Position numbers and translations under genes: made by a program
The notes under the pieces: generated by a model
What the model was told of the DNA's origin: nothing
What the model saw: the letters and a program-made list of their open reading frames with translations, nothing else
Database searches by the model: none
Assembly: GCA_016748015.1 (NCBI GenBank)
Contig: JAAOMT010000187.1
Location: 1 to 44,700 of the forward strand
Length of the DNA stretch: 44,700 nucleotides
Reading direction: 5' to 3'
Source: Geosiphon pyriformis uo1
Lineage: Eukaryota > Fungi > Glomeromycota
Part shown: in pieces, positions 22,814 to 35,660 of the stretch
How positions within the stretch are numbered: position 1 is the first letter of the stretch
Layout: every line of letters begins with the position of its first letter

Positions 22814-25800
22814 TCACAGTTTAGCCTTTTCTTTTTCGTGAAGTCTTATATCGTTTTCAGCATAAATCTGATCAATCTTCTCACGGAAGTGGTTTAAAGC
22901 TTGTCGACGTTTTAATTTTAGACTAAAAAATATTCAAATATTATAAATGTGCTTGAATAAAACTAACTAGCAAAACATCACTTACGTTGGGGTTAGAAGG
23001 TCATTTTCAATAGAAAATGGAATATGTGTCAAATGGATCCCTTTAGCTAGTTCGAATCTATACATTGGAAAATACGATAGTGGGTTATGCTCAGTAGAAC
23101 TTACTTGAGAATTAAATGTTGAAAAACACTGACCCTCTGAGTTGACCACGTTTTCCAACCCGATCCAATTCTGCCAAAAACGCCTTTTGTACATTGGGAT
23201 CATTGACAAGTTGTTTTAATACTTCTTCATCACCTGAAGATATATTTTTGCCAGTTATATGACTAGCCCAAGGAACAAAATTTTCCGGATCCGGTACAAC
23301 AATTGCAACAAGATAATCTTTTAGCGAATCACCATGAACATATATTTGTAAAACATATGGGGAGTTTAGGTAAACGTTTTCAATCTGAATTTAAGTAATA
23401 TTGATAGGTATTCATATATCAACAGCAATTTAGAATAAGAATTCAATTTCATGCTTTTAATATAAAATTTACCTTTTCAGGGGCTATATACTCTCCTTGT
23501 GAAAGTTTGAATATGTTTTTCTTTCGATCCACAATCGTGATTGCACCTAATTTGATATTCGTATGTTATTATAGCATATTAATTATGGAGAATTGTATAA
23601 TTCTTGTTACTTGCCTCTGTCATCAAGGTAGGCAATGTCACCGGTGTGAACCCAACCATCTTCATCAATGGTCTCAATGGTTTTATCCTGGTCTTTGTAG
23701 TATCCAATAAAAGCGTTTGTACCACGAAAACAAAGCTCACCACGAGGAAAAGGGACATCAGTAGAGAGATAATTCATCTCAGGAACATCAACAAGTTTTA
23801 TTTCGTTACTAATAAGCAGAAATGACAATTGAATACAATTATCAATTCCATTCATTCACAATTGACACAAAAGTCGAGCAATAAATTACGACTTATCAAC
23901 TTACCAGGGCGAAGGACCGCCAATATGTCCAGCCTTATACTCACCTTTAAGTGAGACACTAGTAGAAGCCACACCTTCAGTTTGACCGTATCCTTAAGAA
24001 TTCGTTTAAACATGAAATAAATCAGTATAAAATGACCCCAAAAATTATTGTAAATTAATATTATCAAAAAAAAAGATATTACCTTCAGCAATTTCGCAGA
24101 CAAAAGCAATTCTTAGAAATTGCAAAACTTCAGGAGCGATTGGTGCTGACCCCGTTACAGTAAGTCTCACTCGACCACCCAAGACCTGTTTGACTTTGTT
24201 AAAAATTAACCCATCCCAAACTGTGTGGGAAAACCCTTGACCATCTTCAAGATTTTGAAGCTTAGAAGTCACAGCTCTCCTTGCCAATGCACCCTTGAAA
24301 CCAGATGCTTCCACTGTACTTTGCTGAATCTTGGCATATATACGTGTCAGTAACCTTGGAACAGATGGAAATATAGTCGGTTTCAGCATCCCAATATCTT
24401 CAATCAACGTGAGAATATCACCGCGGAAATAACCAATACTAGCACCTCGGGCAATTGCACATAATTCCATTAATCGACCAAAAATATGAGCAAGCTAAAA
24501 AATATTTTATAATAAAAGAAAACATCTTAAATATCTCTGATACGCTTCGAGATCCTATGTCTAAATGAAAGGTGAGGGCAAATGACCAAAAGGAATCTAA
24601 AAAATTTTGACTAGAACCTACCGGTAAATATGATATCAAAACCTTCAACGAAAAATTAAATTTTGAAATCGAATTATTAATCCAATTAATAATATCTAGG
24701 TAAATGAATTATAAGTTGACCTCACATCATTATAATCACAATCCCAATTGAGGAGACTAGCACCCACACTACCAATGAAATTGGAGTGGGTCAGAAGGAC
24801 TCCCTTCGGAATATCAGTTGTCCCTGACGTATAACAAATGGTGGCGATGTCTTCTGGCTTTGGGGGATTGTGCCGAACGGGGTGTTCTTTGCCAATTATC
24901 TCAACCTCTGTAAAATCGACAAGCAAGATGTTGTTATCTGCCGCCCAGGACTTCAATAGTTTTCCCTTGTTTATAGATCCGATTGGTAAAGGTTCATTTT
25001 CTTCTAGCTCGTCCATTGAAATAATCACTTTTAATCCAGGAATTTTTGGTGCTAATTGAATCAAACCAGCAATCCGATTGCCTGCCACAACTATTATGGA
25101 AATCTCGGCATGTGTAATTATGTATCGAACTGTGTCTGTAGACATATAAAAAAGGGTAATTTATAAGATCAACGGCATGAATGCTCTCAAGCTTTTCTTT
25201 ATCGATTGAACAAAGCAATATTAATATGAATATTACCTGGTCCCAAGGTGTCATAGAGGGCTACAGTTTTAAGATTATAGCAAGCCATTGCCTAGGATGT
25301 ATTAGGAATGATTAGGGATCACAATAAATGAGCCATATTTCTCAATTGGAAAAAATTGTTGTTACTTGATCCGTTATGAACCATTCTGTTAATTTTATTT
25401 AATTATTTTATCAGCAAAATCTCGTCATTTTTTGGAGAAATCATTTAATTTGAGCATTGATTCTTACCAGGCCTGTTGTTAGAGTAAATTCCAACAGGCC
25501 ATTGTTGTGTCTCCGGATTTTTTACGACCTGGGTTCCAGGTAATATGGATCAAAAAAAGGGAGAAATTAATACTACAGTTGAGTCAAAATTTTAGTTTGT
25601 AATTGTTCGTATAATCAAACCTACGGTTTCACTCAAATATATCAATCCTGATCCAAATAAAGTGGCTCGATCGGCCACTTCTTGATAGGTTTGCCACACA
25701 TAATTTTCATATTTTTGTGCATTTTTGTTGTAAGGACGATGTCCAATACAATGTCTATTCCTGGATATCTTGATGGCTTGAAAAAATCAAGGGAGCGGTT

Positions 25801-26165
25801 TAAGCACTATCATACAAGACAAAGAAGCCATATAAGAAGTGTGAACACAATCGGCAAGTGGCTTTGCTTTATTACCATTTTGAAAATTATCATATAGTGT
25901 TGTAACATTGGGGCTTAAATACAAATTAAATAAAATTGTTAAAAAGTTTTGCTTAGTAAATGTTTTGAAAAAGTTCAAACCACCTAAATGAAACAGTTAG
26001 GGTTTCAGGGTAGAAAGCGTTGCGATATATGCCTAAGAAAAGATGTTCGATCAACATATTTGTATAATTGTACAAGCCTAAGGCACTCAATCTAAGGGTA
26101 CCTGTCTGTCCTGGTTTTCGGCTATTAGGCAACTCTATACTGTATTTCGCTGGAATTGAAGACAT
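22814..26165 (-). CDS. Long-chain fatty acyl-CoA synthetase (ACSL/FAA family), multi-exon, C-terminal PTS1 AKL
   Basis: [55 protein letters not shown]; GT-AG introns; ends HEKEKAKL*. Confidence 0.95.
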
Positions 26166-27077
26166 TGAGAAATAACTATAGTTAAAAAAAAGAGTTCGGA
26201 AAACACGAAGTAATGCGCCTTTCAAAATATGGGGCTCAACATGTGATAAAATAAAATTAAATGATAATCATTTTATTTTCGTCATTTAATAATAATAATA
26301 GTGAACTTGATAATTATGTCATTAATTGCAACATTTTTTATTATTATCAATTACGAACTCGAGAATGAACGAATATTAATCCACGGCACTTTACATTTTC
26401 TGTAATAATCCAATGACCCATATCCTCGAATTAACAAACCCAAGAGGCCTATATACGACAATTTTTTAAAAACGAAAGCTCGTTCCCTTTAAATTTTAAC
26501 ATGGTTGTTAAGCGAATTGTAGTACCGGTAATGGAGGAGAGAAAAGCTTATTCAAATTTGATTGCTAGTTGCGAAATGTTTGTCTCCTGACATAAGAAAT
26601 TACCCAACTTGCACAACTTTCAAGGTGTCATGAATACCCAATTAACGTACTTCCTTTGTACACTATCATCAAAGGATTAAAACGCAAGGCTTTAAAAAAG
26701 TCGTTACCACTCTTGATTTCTTTGACTAAAAGTTGAAAAATGAGATTTGTAGTTGATCTGATGGTGGCTTCATCCATATCTTCCTAGTGTATCATATGAG
26801 CTGTAATAGGTTCTACTCTGTAATTCGCAAGGAAATCATTGACCTCAACCATTATTATAGTAATCTTTCAAGAAAGCCTTCGATTCCTTAAAAAGGCTGA
26901 GATATTAATAGAAAATGTAATTCTCTATACCCAGTTAACATACCTTAACCGGCGGAAGCATCAACATTCATGGGCGAAATACTCTCGAAAATTGTCCGGA
27001 ATGAACTGTCATCATATCTTGATTCTACATAAAAAAGCAACCACCCAAAACAAACCAAGATTCTTCCAGGAAGATTC

Positions 27078-28257
27078 TTATTTCCTAGCAAAAGTGATCT
27101 TGATTTTATGATCCGTGTAATTGGATAATGCGTCCTTGGCGATCATAGCTTGAGTTTCTGTATCATATTCAACAAATGCGATTTCTTTTTTTACTGGAAC
27201 AGTTCGAACTTCCTTGAACCCAGGGTATCTGAACGAATGAAAATACGAGCATAAACCTGGTTTTACAGAAAAAATCATTATGGATTCCTTAGAAAAGTGA
27301 AGAAATCTTACTGTTGGAACAAGGCAGTAAGCATTGCCTCGGTAGTGTCTTCTGGAAGATTCTGTAAAAATAAAATCTTATTTGGGGGAAGGAATTCATC
27401 GGCAACATTACCACCTGTTGCCATTTGATTTCCAAAATACATTGGTGCTAAATCGATAAATGACTGTTAGGAATGCAATTCAAACACAATGACTGAATCG
27501 GAACCCTACCTCCGCCCGAAATGTTGGATGAGCCTGATGGAAATCCTGAACCACTATTCGATTTAAACCTTTTTTGGGGTGGTTCTTTGGCACGTTTTTC
27601 TGAAAAAACGTGGATAAATCCCATTTATTCTAAATAACACGTATTATCCTTTATCAAAAAAAAACATTACCTTTGGCTTCTAATCTTTGCAGTTTGTGGT
27701 CTTCGAAGCTCCCATCAAGTTTGGCTATAGCATCTGATTTTGCTCGTGCATATTGAATCACCTATTGAAAGTGGGGGCCTTTAGTTAAATTTTCAATTGG
27801 AGCTAAAAGACAATCTCATTATTTCAAGGAATGCACCATAGGCTTATCTTTGAGCGTAAATCCATTTACTTCTTTGATTGCTTTAGCCGCATCTTCTTCG
27901 TCTTTGAAGACGATGAAGGCTTGTCCACGCATTCTGATATTTTGATGTGCGATTATGTCCAATATTTCTCCATATCGCTCAAAAATAGTCTGTAACGTTT
28001 TCTTGAGAACTAAATTTGTTTGAAGCATATCTTAGCGATGCCCACCCTTCAAAGTTATACGTCTTTTGCTTACCTGGAATCTTTATCTTCTCGTTTAAAT
28101 TATTAATGTAGATGGTATTATTTGGTGTTGTATTAGGTGGTTGTTTAGGTGTTGGCGGTTTTACGGTAGTTGACGATGAAATGCCTGTTATACTGGAAGA
28201 AGTTAAAAAATTTGACTGTGCTCCAAAGCCCGACTTTGTAGAGGAAGGGGTACTCAT
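27078..28257 (-). CDS. U1A/U2B''/SNF-family snRNP protein with two RRMs, multi-exon
   Basis: PNNTIYINNLNEKIK, MRGQAFIVF, IQYARAKSD, PPNKILFLQNLP, YPGFKEVR, KITFARK*. Confidence 0.93.
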
Positions 28258-28517
28258 TTCGTTGGAATTGAATGAAGCGCTCAACTGGTTTACGTATTTT
28301 TCATAAAAATTTAAAATGATGTCAGTATCACACACAGCTGGGATTGATTCTTACAAATTTTAGGTTTAATATCGTATAAATTTTAAAGTCAAAAAAGTTC
28401 TACCTTTTCTCGAGCTTTTGAAAATCACAAATTTATAGAAGCCTAGCTGCTTAGTTTGAATAAATTGTTTGGTTACCTTCAAACTATAAATAGTTCGCAG
28501 CTCATCGTACACTCAAA

Positions 28518-29848
28518 ATGTACGGTAACGTAGGTCTCTCAACACCTCGCGGCTCAGGAACAAATGGCTATGTTGTACGCAATCTTTCCTTCATTCGACC
28601 TCGAAAGGATGTTGTGGCATTTGAGTCTTATGATGAAATTGCTGCAAAAAGCTCAGCACTCGCTAATCGCACCCCAAATAAAGAAATCCTTGAGCATGAT
28701 AAGAAACGGCAGATCGAGCTTGAGTGTATGCTTCTTAGAAAAAAGCTTGAGGATGATGGGTAAGATTTCGAGGACTATCATTGATTAAAAAATTCGCTTT
28801 GTTCGTCTTGTTTATTAAAACCTTTAGCCTGTAATAAAGTCAACAAGTCTAATGAAGGTTATTTTTCTAGAGCTCCTGAGGAAGAAGTCGAGGGAAAAAT
28901 CGATGCACGGAGGCAAGAATTGCTTTCCAAACTGGATGAAATGAAATCCGCAAAGTATTATAAATTTTGGTTTTGTTCAATTATTTTATGCTAGAGTCTC
29001 CAATAAAATATATCTGTGATTACAGTATACAAGATCATCAAACCCATCAACTCTCAGAAGCTAAAGCAGTAGAAAATGTGAAAATGATGAGGGCGTTGGG
29101 AATTGATTCCTCCACTTATCTGGAAGGGGCTGCATTTGACAAAGAACTTCAAGAACAAAAAAGAATAGAACGTAAATCAAAACGTGATTTGGAGTTTGAG
29201 AAAAAAAAACAAAATTTTGAGGAACGCGAGCATGCTAGAAACCAAGCCGCTGAAGAAAGAACAAAGTCAGCTAAGGAAATGCGTGAAAGAAATCTGAAAA
29301 AAAGTCGAGATATCCTTGATAGGCCAAGGATCCGAAAAGAAGAACCCAAGAGAACATATCAACGTAGTAGAAATGAAGAAAGAAAGGGGCGTAGGGGACA
29401 CTCAAAGAATCAAAGTGTTAGTGAGACTGAAAGCTCTGATGAAACAGATTCTGAGATTGAAGTCAGTAGTCAAACTAGCAAAAGACGTCATCATTCTTCT
29501 AAAAATCATCGTCGTTCGATTAGACATAAAGAAGATTCTGATGAAGAGCCTGCAAGAAGGCCCTTTACCAAAAGGAGGCATGATTATGACAACGATAAAC
29601 ATGATTCTTCCTCGTCTGAAAGTCCAGTTGAGAGGCAGGAACGAAGGAAAACACGTTCCCCTAGACGTCAATCCCGTGAAAATCACCTAAAATACCGAGG
29701 ACACAGACGAGAGGGTAGCATTCCTACCCCAAGTACTAGAAGATACCGAGATGGAAGTGCTTCGCCAGAACCTGAAAGACGCAATCATTATCGAAGTATT
29801 TCTAGATCACCAGGAAGGCATCAAAGACATTTCGACTCCAGTAGATAG
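28518..29848 (+). CDS. CWC21: Pre-mRNA splicing factor Cwc21/SRRM2 (cwf21 domain plus R/S-rich tail); introns ~28760-28870 and ~28955-29025
   Basis: MYGNVGLSTPRGSGTNGYVVRNLS, EILEHDKKRQIEL, HQTHQLSEAK. Confidence 0.94.
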
Positions 29849-31983
29849 AATTTTATTAAAAAATTTCATTTTCAATCTTGGTAATCACGTTCTTAGACTC
29901 TAATTTCTTAGTTAAAAAGTAAATAGTAACTGAATTATGGTACTAGAGGCAAAATGAAAAAAACAATAAGAACTTCTTTGCGGTAGCTGTATTTTATCCT
30001 TTTCTATTAAATTTAAAGGGGTATATATGACATACCCTATTAATAAGTGTGCTCAAAACCTTCAAAATATAGGATTGGGTTTACTTGTCAATCCTGCATG
30101 GAGGTGGGTTAATTTTATTTTATTCAGACAGCAACTTCGTAAGAGAAAAGAAGAAAGAAAAGCCTTTTTAAAGTAACACAATAAGAATTGACCCACCGGG
30201 TAACTTTTAGAAAGAAAAAGAGAATTAACCATCCGCATGCATACATGAAATGTGGTATCGCATGCGAGCTTGCTATAAATAGATTTATTGCTCGTAATGT
30301 CAAAAGTCTAATTCAGGGAAAATTTGAACTTAATTTATTAATATGCCTGTAAAACCCAAGATATTATTCTTACCTACCAATTTTATTCATAGCATTAAGT
30401 CTTGTGCATGTGAAAAGTGTTGTAATTATCGAGCGAAAAAAAAACGTAGCTAGATATACTAATCTATAATTGAAGGTTAATTTAAAGACAAATTTTTATG
30501 GCTTCAAAATAAATATATATTCAAAAAATAAAAACATATTACTTATTTGTATATTAGACAAATTTTTTATTATAAATATTTGCTCCTGAGTTTGACTTAA
30601 TCAAAAAACTTTAATTATGTAGTTTTAATAAAATTTATAGCATGCTCAATATAATTTTGTTGGTTTTTAACAACGATTTAAAGGATGCGTACTGCGGTTG
30701 TCGTCTCACCTTCTGGTCAAGTTCCTTCTAGCCCTGAATGGACTCTTTTATTTTGCCCATATTTCCTTTGTTTGAAACAGGGCAAAGACAATAATCGGCC
30801 TCATAATATTTCGAGTACTTTTTTGAAATTTTATAAATGGTAGTTTATTTTTCGTCTATTATGTCCTATTCGTTCCTTTAAACGAAAATTTAGGTTGAAT
30901 TACTCTTATTGGCAATATCGGACATTTCATCATACTTGGGGTACCTGTAACTCTTTTACTAGAGTTTACCCTTGTGCGGTTATTAACCGCATCCAAGAAA
31001 GACCATTGTCACCTCGTCGAGTTGGAGTTGGTAATATCAATTTTATGGATTCAAGTCTCTTATTTTGTGAAGGTTTTTTCCTTCCCATTTTCAATGCTAA
31101 ATCATCATTGAACATTCTCGAAGGGTATAGAAATCGAATTGTACTCGGTTGGGTGAAAGGTCTTGCGTAGGCTACTCCTTCACGCAATATTTTACAATTG
31201 GGATTTATAGGTTCATTTCCCTCTTTGATTTCGGGGATTTGTTTTTATCTCTTCCAATTACTTTAGTTAGACTATAAGGGGATGAAATCTCTTTAGATTT
31301 TCCATCTACTTCCCCGATTCCTCCAGATAAGAAACCGTATTACTTGGTCATGATTGGAAATTGATAACTTAATCCTCTCAAAATTAAAATTTCGAAAGAT
31401 TTTCAGAAAATTAAATCTCATAAAACGCGTCGTCAATGGTTAAGATAGCCCTTAAATTGATCGTGTAATTTTTAATAAATTTATCCAATTGATAAAACGT
31501 AGTACCCAACTGATTACATCGGTGATCAAAGTAAAATGTTCAACCTCGACATGATTGGTCACCAAGACGGCATGATGAGCGAGATCTGAGGGTTGACGAT
31601 GCCAGCAGTTCTCAAAGACTTACCCTATCGATGTGAATAATGGGTGATATTCACTCGAGAGGTAATCTGACGATTCCACCGTCAGTACAGAATTTCCACA
31701 AACGTTGATGATGATTAGAGTCTATACCAAAATCGATAGTTTGTACAATAAAATGTTTCATCACATTATTGTTTAGCCTTGTCAGGTATAAGGTTTGAGA
31801 TTTTTATTAGAAATAAAAATTTGATTCTTCTGAAAACAGTTAGCAGAGGAATGTTGGGGGGTTGAAATATGAAAATTAGAATTATATAATACTATGTAGG
31901 ATTTTTCAGTACGATATACAAAATTATTATGATGCAACTCAAATAAGAAATGGAAACAAATATCTGAGATTTAGATATTTGTC

Positions 31984-34900
31984 TTACCCACTACACATAA
32001 CACAATTGTCCTTATTGTCTATTGCACATGCCAAAGCAGCAGCAGCACTTTGACTTTTAGCCAATTCTTTTTCCTCATCGAGTGCGACCGACTCTCTGAG
32101 AGAGGCTTGATCTACTGTAAACTATGAGAGAAAAGAGGTTTATTTTGAAGATCTACAAGATAAACATAAACATGAAAATTATCACAAATATACCTTAATC
32201 GCATCGACCGCTGGCTTTGTACGTAGATAATACATTCCAGTCTTTAGTCCTTTCTTCCATCCATAACTTAAAAATGTAAAAAATCAGTAAATCTAATGTT
32301 ACTTAAATCAACATTGATCTGTTTTTGTGATACTTACAAATGCATGCTAGTAAGCTTCGCGTAATTCGGTTCTGCAATATGTATATTTAGACTCTGCGAT
32401 TGATCAATGAAGGCACCACGATCCGCAGCCATGTCAATAATGACTTTTTGCGACAACTCCCATGTAGTCTTGAAAAGAGCTTTTATTTCGTCAGGGATTA
32501 TTGAGACTTAAAGGTAGATAAAGAAATATTAATAGTAACGATAGAAATGGTCAATTTGAGGTGGATACTAGAGATCGGTATGATACTAACTTTTTTGTAT
32601 ACTTCCATTATCATTCATGATTCTATTCTTCATTTGTTCACTCCATAATCCCATTTCCACCAATTCTTTAAGCAACCATGGATTCACAACTTGAAACTCT
32701 CCAGCCAACACACGTCGTGTATAGATATTGCTTGTGTAAGGTTCAAAACATTCATTGTAGCCTAATATCTGTGAGGTTGATGCTGTAGGCATGGGAGCCA
32801 CAAGCAAGGAATTACGGACTCCATGATCAGCGATTTTCTGTTTCAGTATATCCCAATCCCATAAGTTTGTTGGCTCAACATTCCACATATCGTATTGCAA
32901 GATGCCTTTTGACACCGGTGACCCCTGGTATGTCTCATAATAGCCTTTCTCTTTCGCAAGCTCGCAGGAGGCTTCAAGAGCCCCGTGATATATTGTTTCG
33001 AAAATTTTTTTATTAAGTTCAATGGCGTTCGGAGAATCGAAAGGTATTCGCATAGCGAGGAATGTATCCGCCAATCCTAAAAAAATATTTTGAAATATTC
33101 AATATCTTGAGTCAAAAAACTAGTCTGTTTCCCTCCCTCCCTCCCTCCCTTCCAAGAACGTTTATATAAACTGAAATACCTTGAACGCCAATACCAATAG
33201 GTCTATGCCGAAAATTTGATCTGCGTGCCTCTTCCACAGGATAATAGTTTATGTCGATGATCTTATTGAGGTTTCGAGTCACAACTTTTGTCACCTGAAG
33301 AGATTAGTGATTAAAGGTTTGAGTATAATGAACGAATTCCATCTGTAGGTGTAAACACGATAAAGGTACCCCAGAGCACTTACATCATGGAGTGAATTGA
33401 AATCGTACCCGTCCCTTATAACAAATGAAGGTAGTGCTATACTAGCCAAATTGCATACAGCGACTTCATCTGGACTCGAGTATTGTACGATTTCTGTACA
33501 AAGATTACTACATTTGATGGTACCTAAATTTTGCTGGTTTGATTTTTCATTACATGCATCCTTGTAAAGCATGTAAGGCGTTCCAGTTTCGATCTGAGAA
33601 TCGAGGATAGCATACCAGAGCTTTTGTGCTTTGACAGTTTTACGTCCGCGATTTTTTCGCTCATAAGATTCGTATAGATTCTTGATGGGGGCGAGTTTTA
33701 TTACTTTACTTATAAATAATAGCACAGGAGAGCAAAAGGATCTAAGATAGTAAATTTATCACACTCACTTCAAACTCTTGACCCCATACATCTTGTAAAC
33801 CCGGAGCTTCGTTGGGGTCAAACAAAGTCCAATCACCATTTGACTCGACACGTTTCATAAATAAGTCTGGGATCCAGAGGGCGTAAAACAAATCACGAGC
33901 ACGAACTTCCTCTTTCCCGGTATTTTTCTTTAAATCGAGAAAGTCGAAAATATCGGCATGCCAAGGTTCCAGGTAGATGGCAAATGCCCCAGGACGTTTG
34001 TTACCACCTTGATCTACGTAACGAGCGGTATTATTGTACACTCGAAGCATCGGTACGACACCATTAGAGTAGCCGTTGGTCCCAGCAATATATGAGCCAG
34101 AGGCGCGAATATTATGAATGTTGAGACCTATTCCACCAGCTGTTTTTGAAATCATGGCGCAAGTTTTCAATGTTTCATAAATACCCTCGATTGAATCATC
34201 TTTCATCGTTAGGAGAAAACAACTAGAAAGTTGAGGCCTGGGTGTACCGGCATTGAAAAGCGTTGGAGATGCATGAGTAAAGAATTTTGAACTCATTAGA
34301 TTATAAGTTTCAATCGCGGCATCAATATCTTCCTCATGAATACCGACGGCAACTCGCATAAGCATATGTTGAGGTCGTTCTGCTACTTTCCCATCAATTT
34401 TCAACAAATAAGATCTCTCGAGGGTTTTAAATCCAAAATAATTATACATGTAATCTCTGTCGTAGATGATAGCAGAATTTAGTCTACTAGAATTTTTCAT
34501 GATAATCTCGTGGATCCGATCTGAAATCATTGAGCCGGGTCTGCCATTCTTTGGATTCACATAGGTGTATAAATCTTTGATTACGTTAGAGAAAACTTTT
34601 TTGGTCTCTTTGTGAAGATTAGATACAGCGATTCGCGCAGCTAGAATCGCATAATCAGGATGTTTGGTCGTCATATAGGCAGAAGTTTCTGCTGCCAGAT
34701 TATCAAGCTCCACTGTACTTACACCTTGATAGACTCCTGAAATTACCTGAAAGAGACAAAAAAAAAAATGAATCTTGTAAAATTTCAAAACAACTTAGTG
34801 ACTCAGAGAAGTTAAAGGGATATTTTTTAGGGTTAAAAGTTGAGGCATATTTTAATTCTGAAATGAAAATTATCAAACCTTTTGCGTTACAGCCACAGGG

Positions 34901-35207
34901 TCTACGAAGTTCATGTCTAAGCCATAGCATAACTTGTTAATTCGAGCTGTAATCTATTTTTAGTATATAAAGAGATGTTTAGCTATGAGGGGCGACTTTA
35001 GTACCAAACTTTTTATTCTCTTAAATTGTTTTGGAAAACAAGTCACCTTATCGAACGCAACGCGTTCTTTTCTACCATCTATTTAAAGGAAAGAGGGAGA
35101 AAGGTTGTGAAAAAAGTCGTCAAAGGGTCTTAATAAACCTTCAGGGGAAGTTGAAGTTTTAAAAGTTAAAAGAAGTTTTATAACTCACCTCGTTTGATAA
35201 CATGCAT
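31984..35207 (-). CDS. RNR1: Ribonucleoside-diphosphate reductase large subunit, multi-exon
   Basis: MHVIKR ATP-cone start, [41 protein letters not shown]-terminal CVMCSG*. Confidence 0.98.
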
Positions 35208-35243
35208 AGTAGAGATTGTAAATTTAGCAAAAGTGAAAAAAAA

Positions 35244-35390
35244 ACGCGTATTTTGAAAGTGCCTTTCACGGGTAGAATATGAAGTATTACAAAATATTCC
35301 TCCAAAATTCCCGAGTTTATATAGGCTAGCTAATATAATAGAAAGTAGGACGCGTTTCAGATTTAAATTTTGATTTACACACACACGCGA
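35244..35390. promoter_or_regulatory. MCB-like elements upstream of RNR1
   Basis: ACGCGT at 35244 and 35350, ACGCGA at 35385, in CpG-poor DNA. Confidence 0.6.
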
Positions 35391-35660
35391 TTTAAAAGAA
35401 ATTTCAATTGGGTTGTGAGACTTTAAAAATCATTTCCTTCTTTGCCCTTGTAAAAATTTTTGCACCTCCTAGGGGGAGGGGGGGGGGGCTGGGCCAACAA
35501 AAATATATTTATTTCTTTGTAAAAAAAATTTGGTATTTCTAACAAGCTCTGACGATTGGCTAAATTTTTACCCAACTGAATGGCTATGAGTCATCTGATA
35601 TCATAGATTTTTTTAAATTGATTAAGAGGAGTAAAATAGGCAACGATAGTTTGCATTAAA

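Noticed and set aside
31570-31592. C/D box snoRNA (ATGATGA...CTGA)
   Set aside because: The boxes are only ~7 nt apart, with no recognisable guide or terminal stem
14090-35207. Nucleotide-metabolism cluster of dUTPase and RNR1, or an endogenous DNA virus
   Set aside because: The dUTPase is in frame within the retrotransposon, while RNR1 is an ordinary intron-containing host gene 17 kb away; proximity is most simply chance
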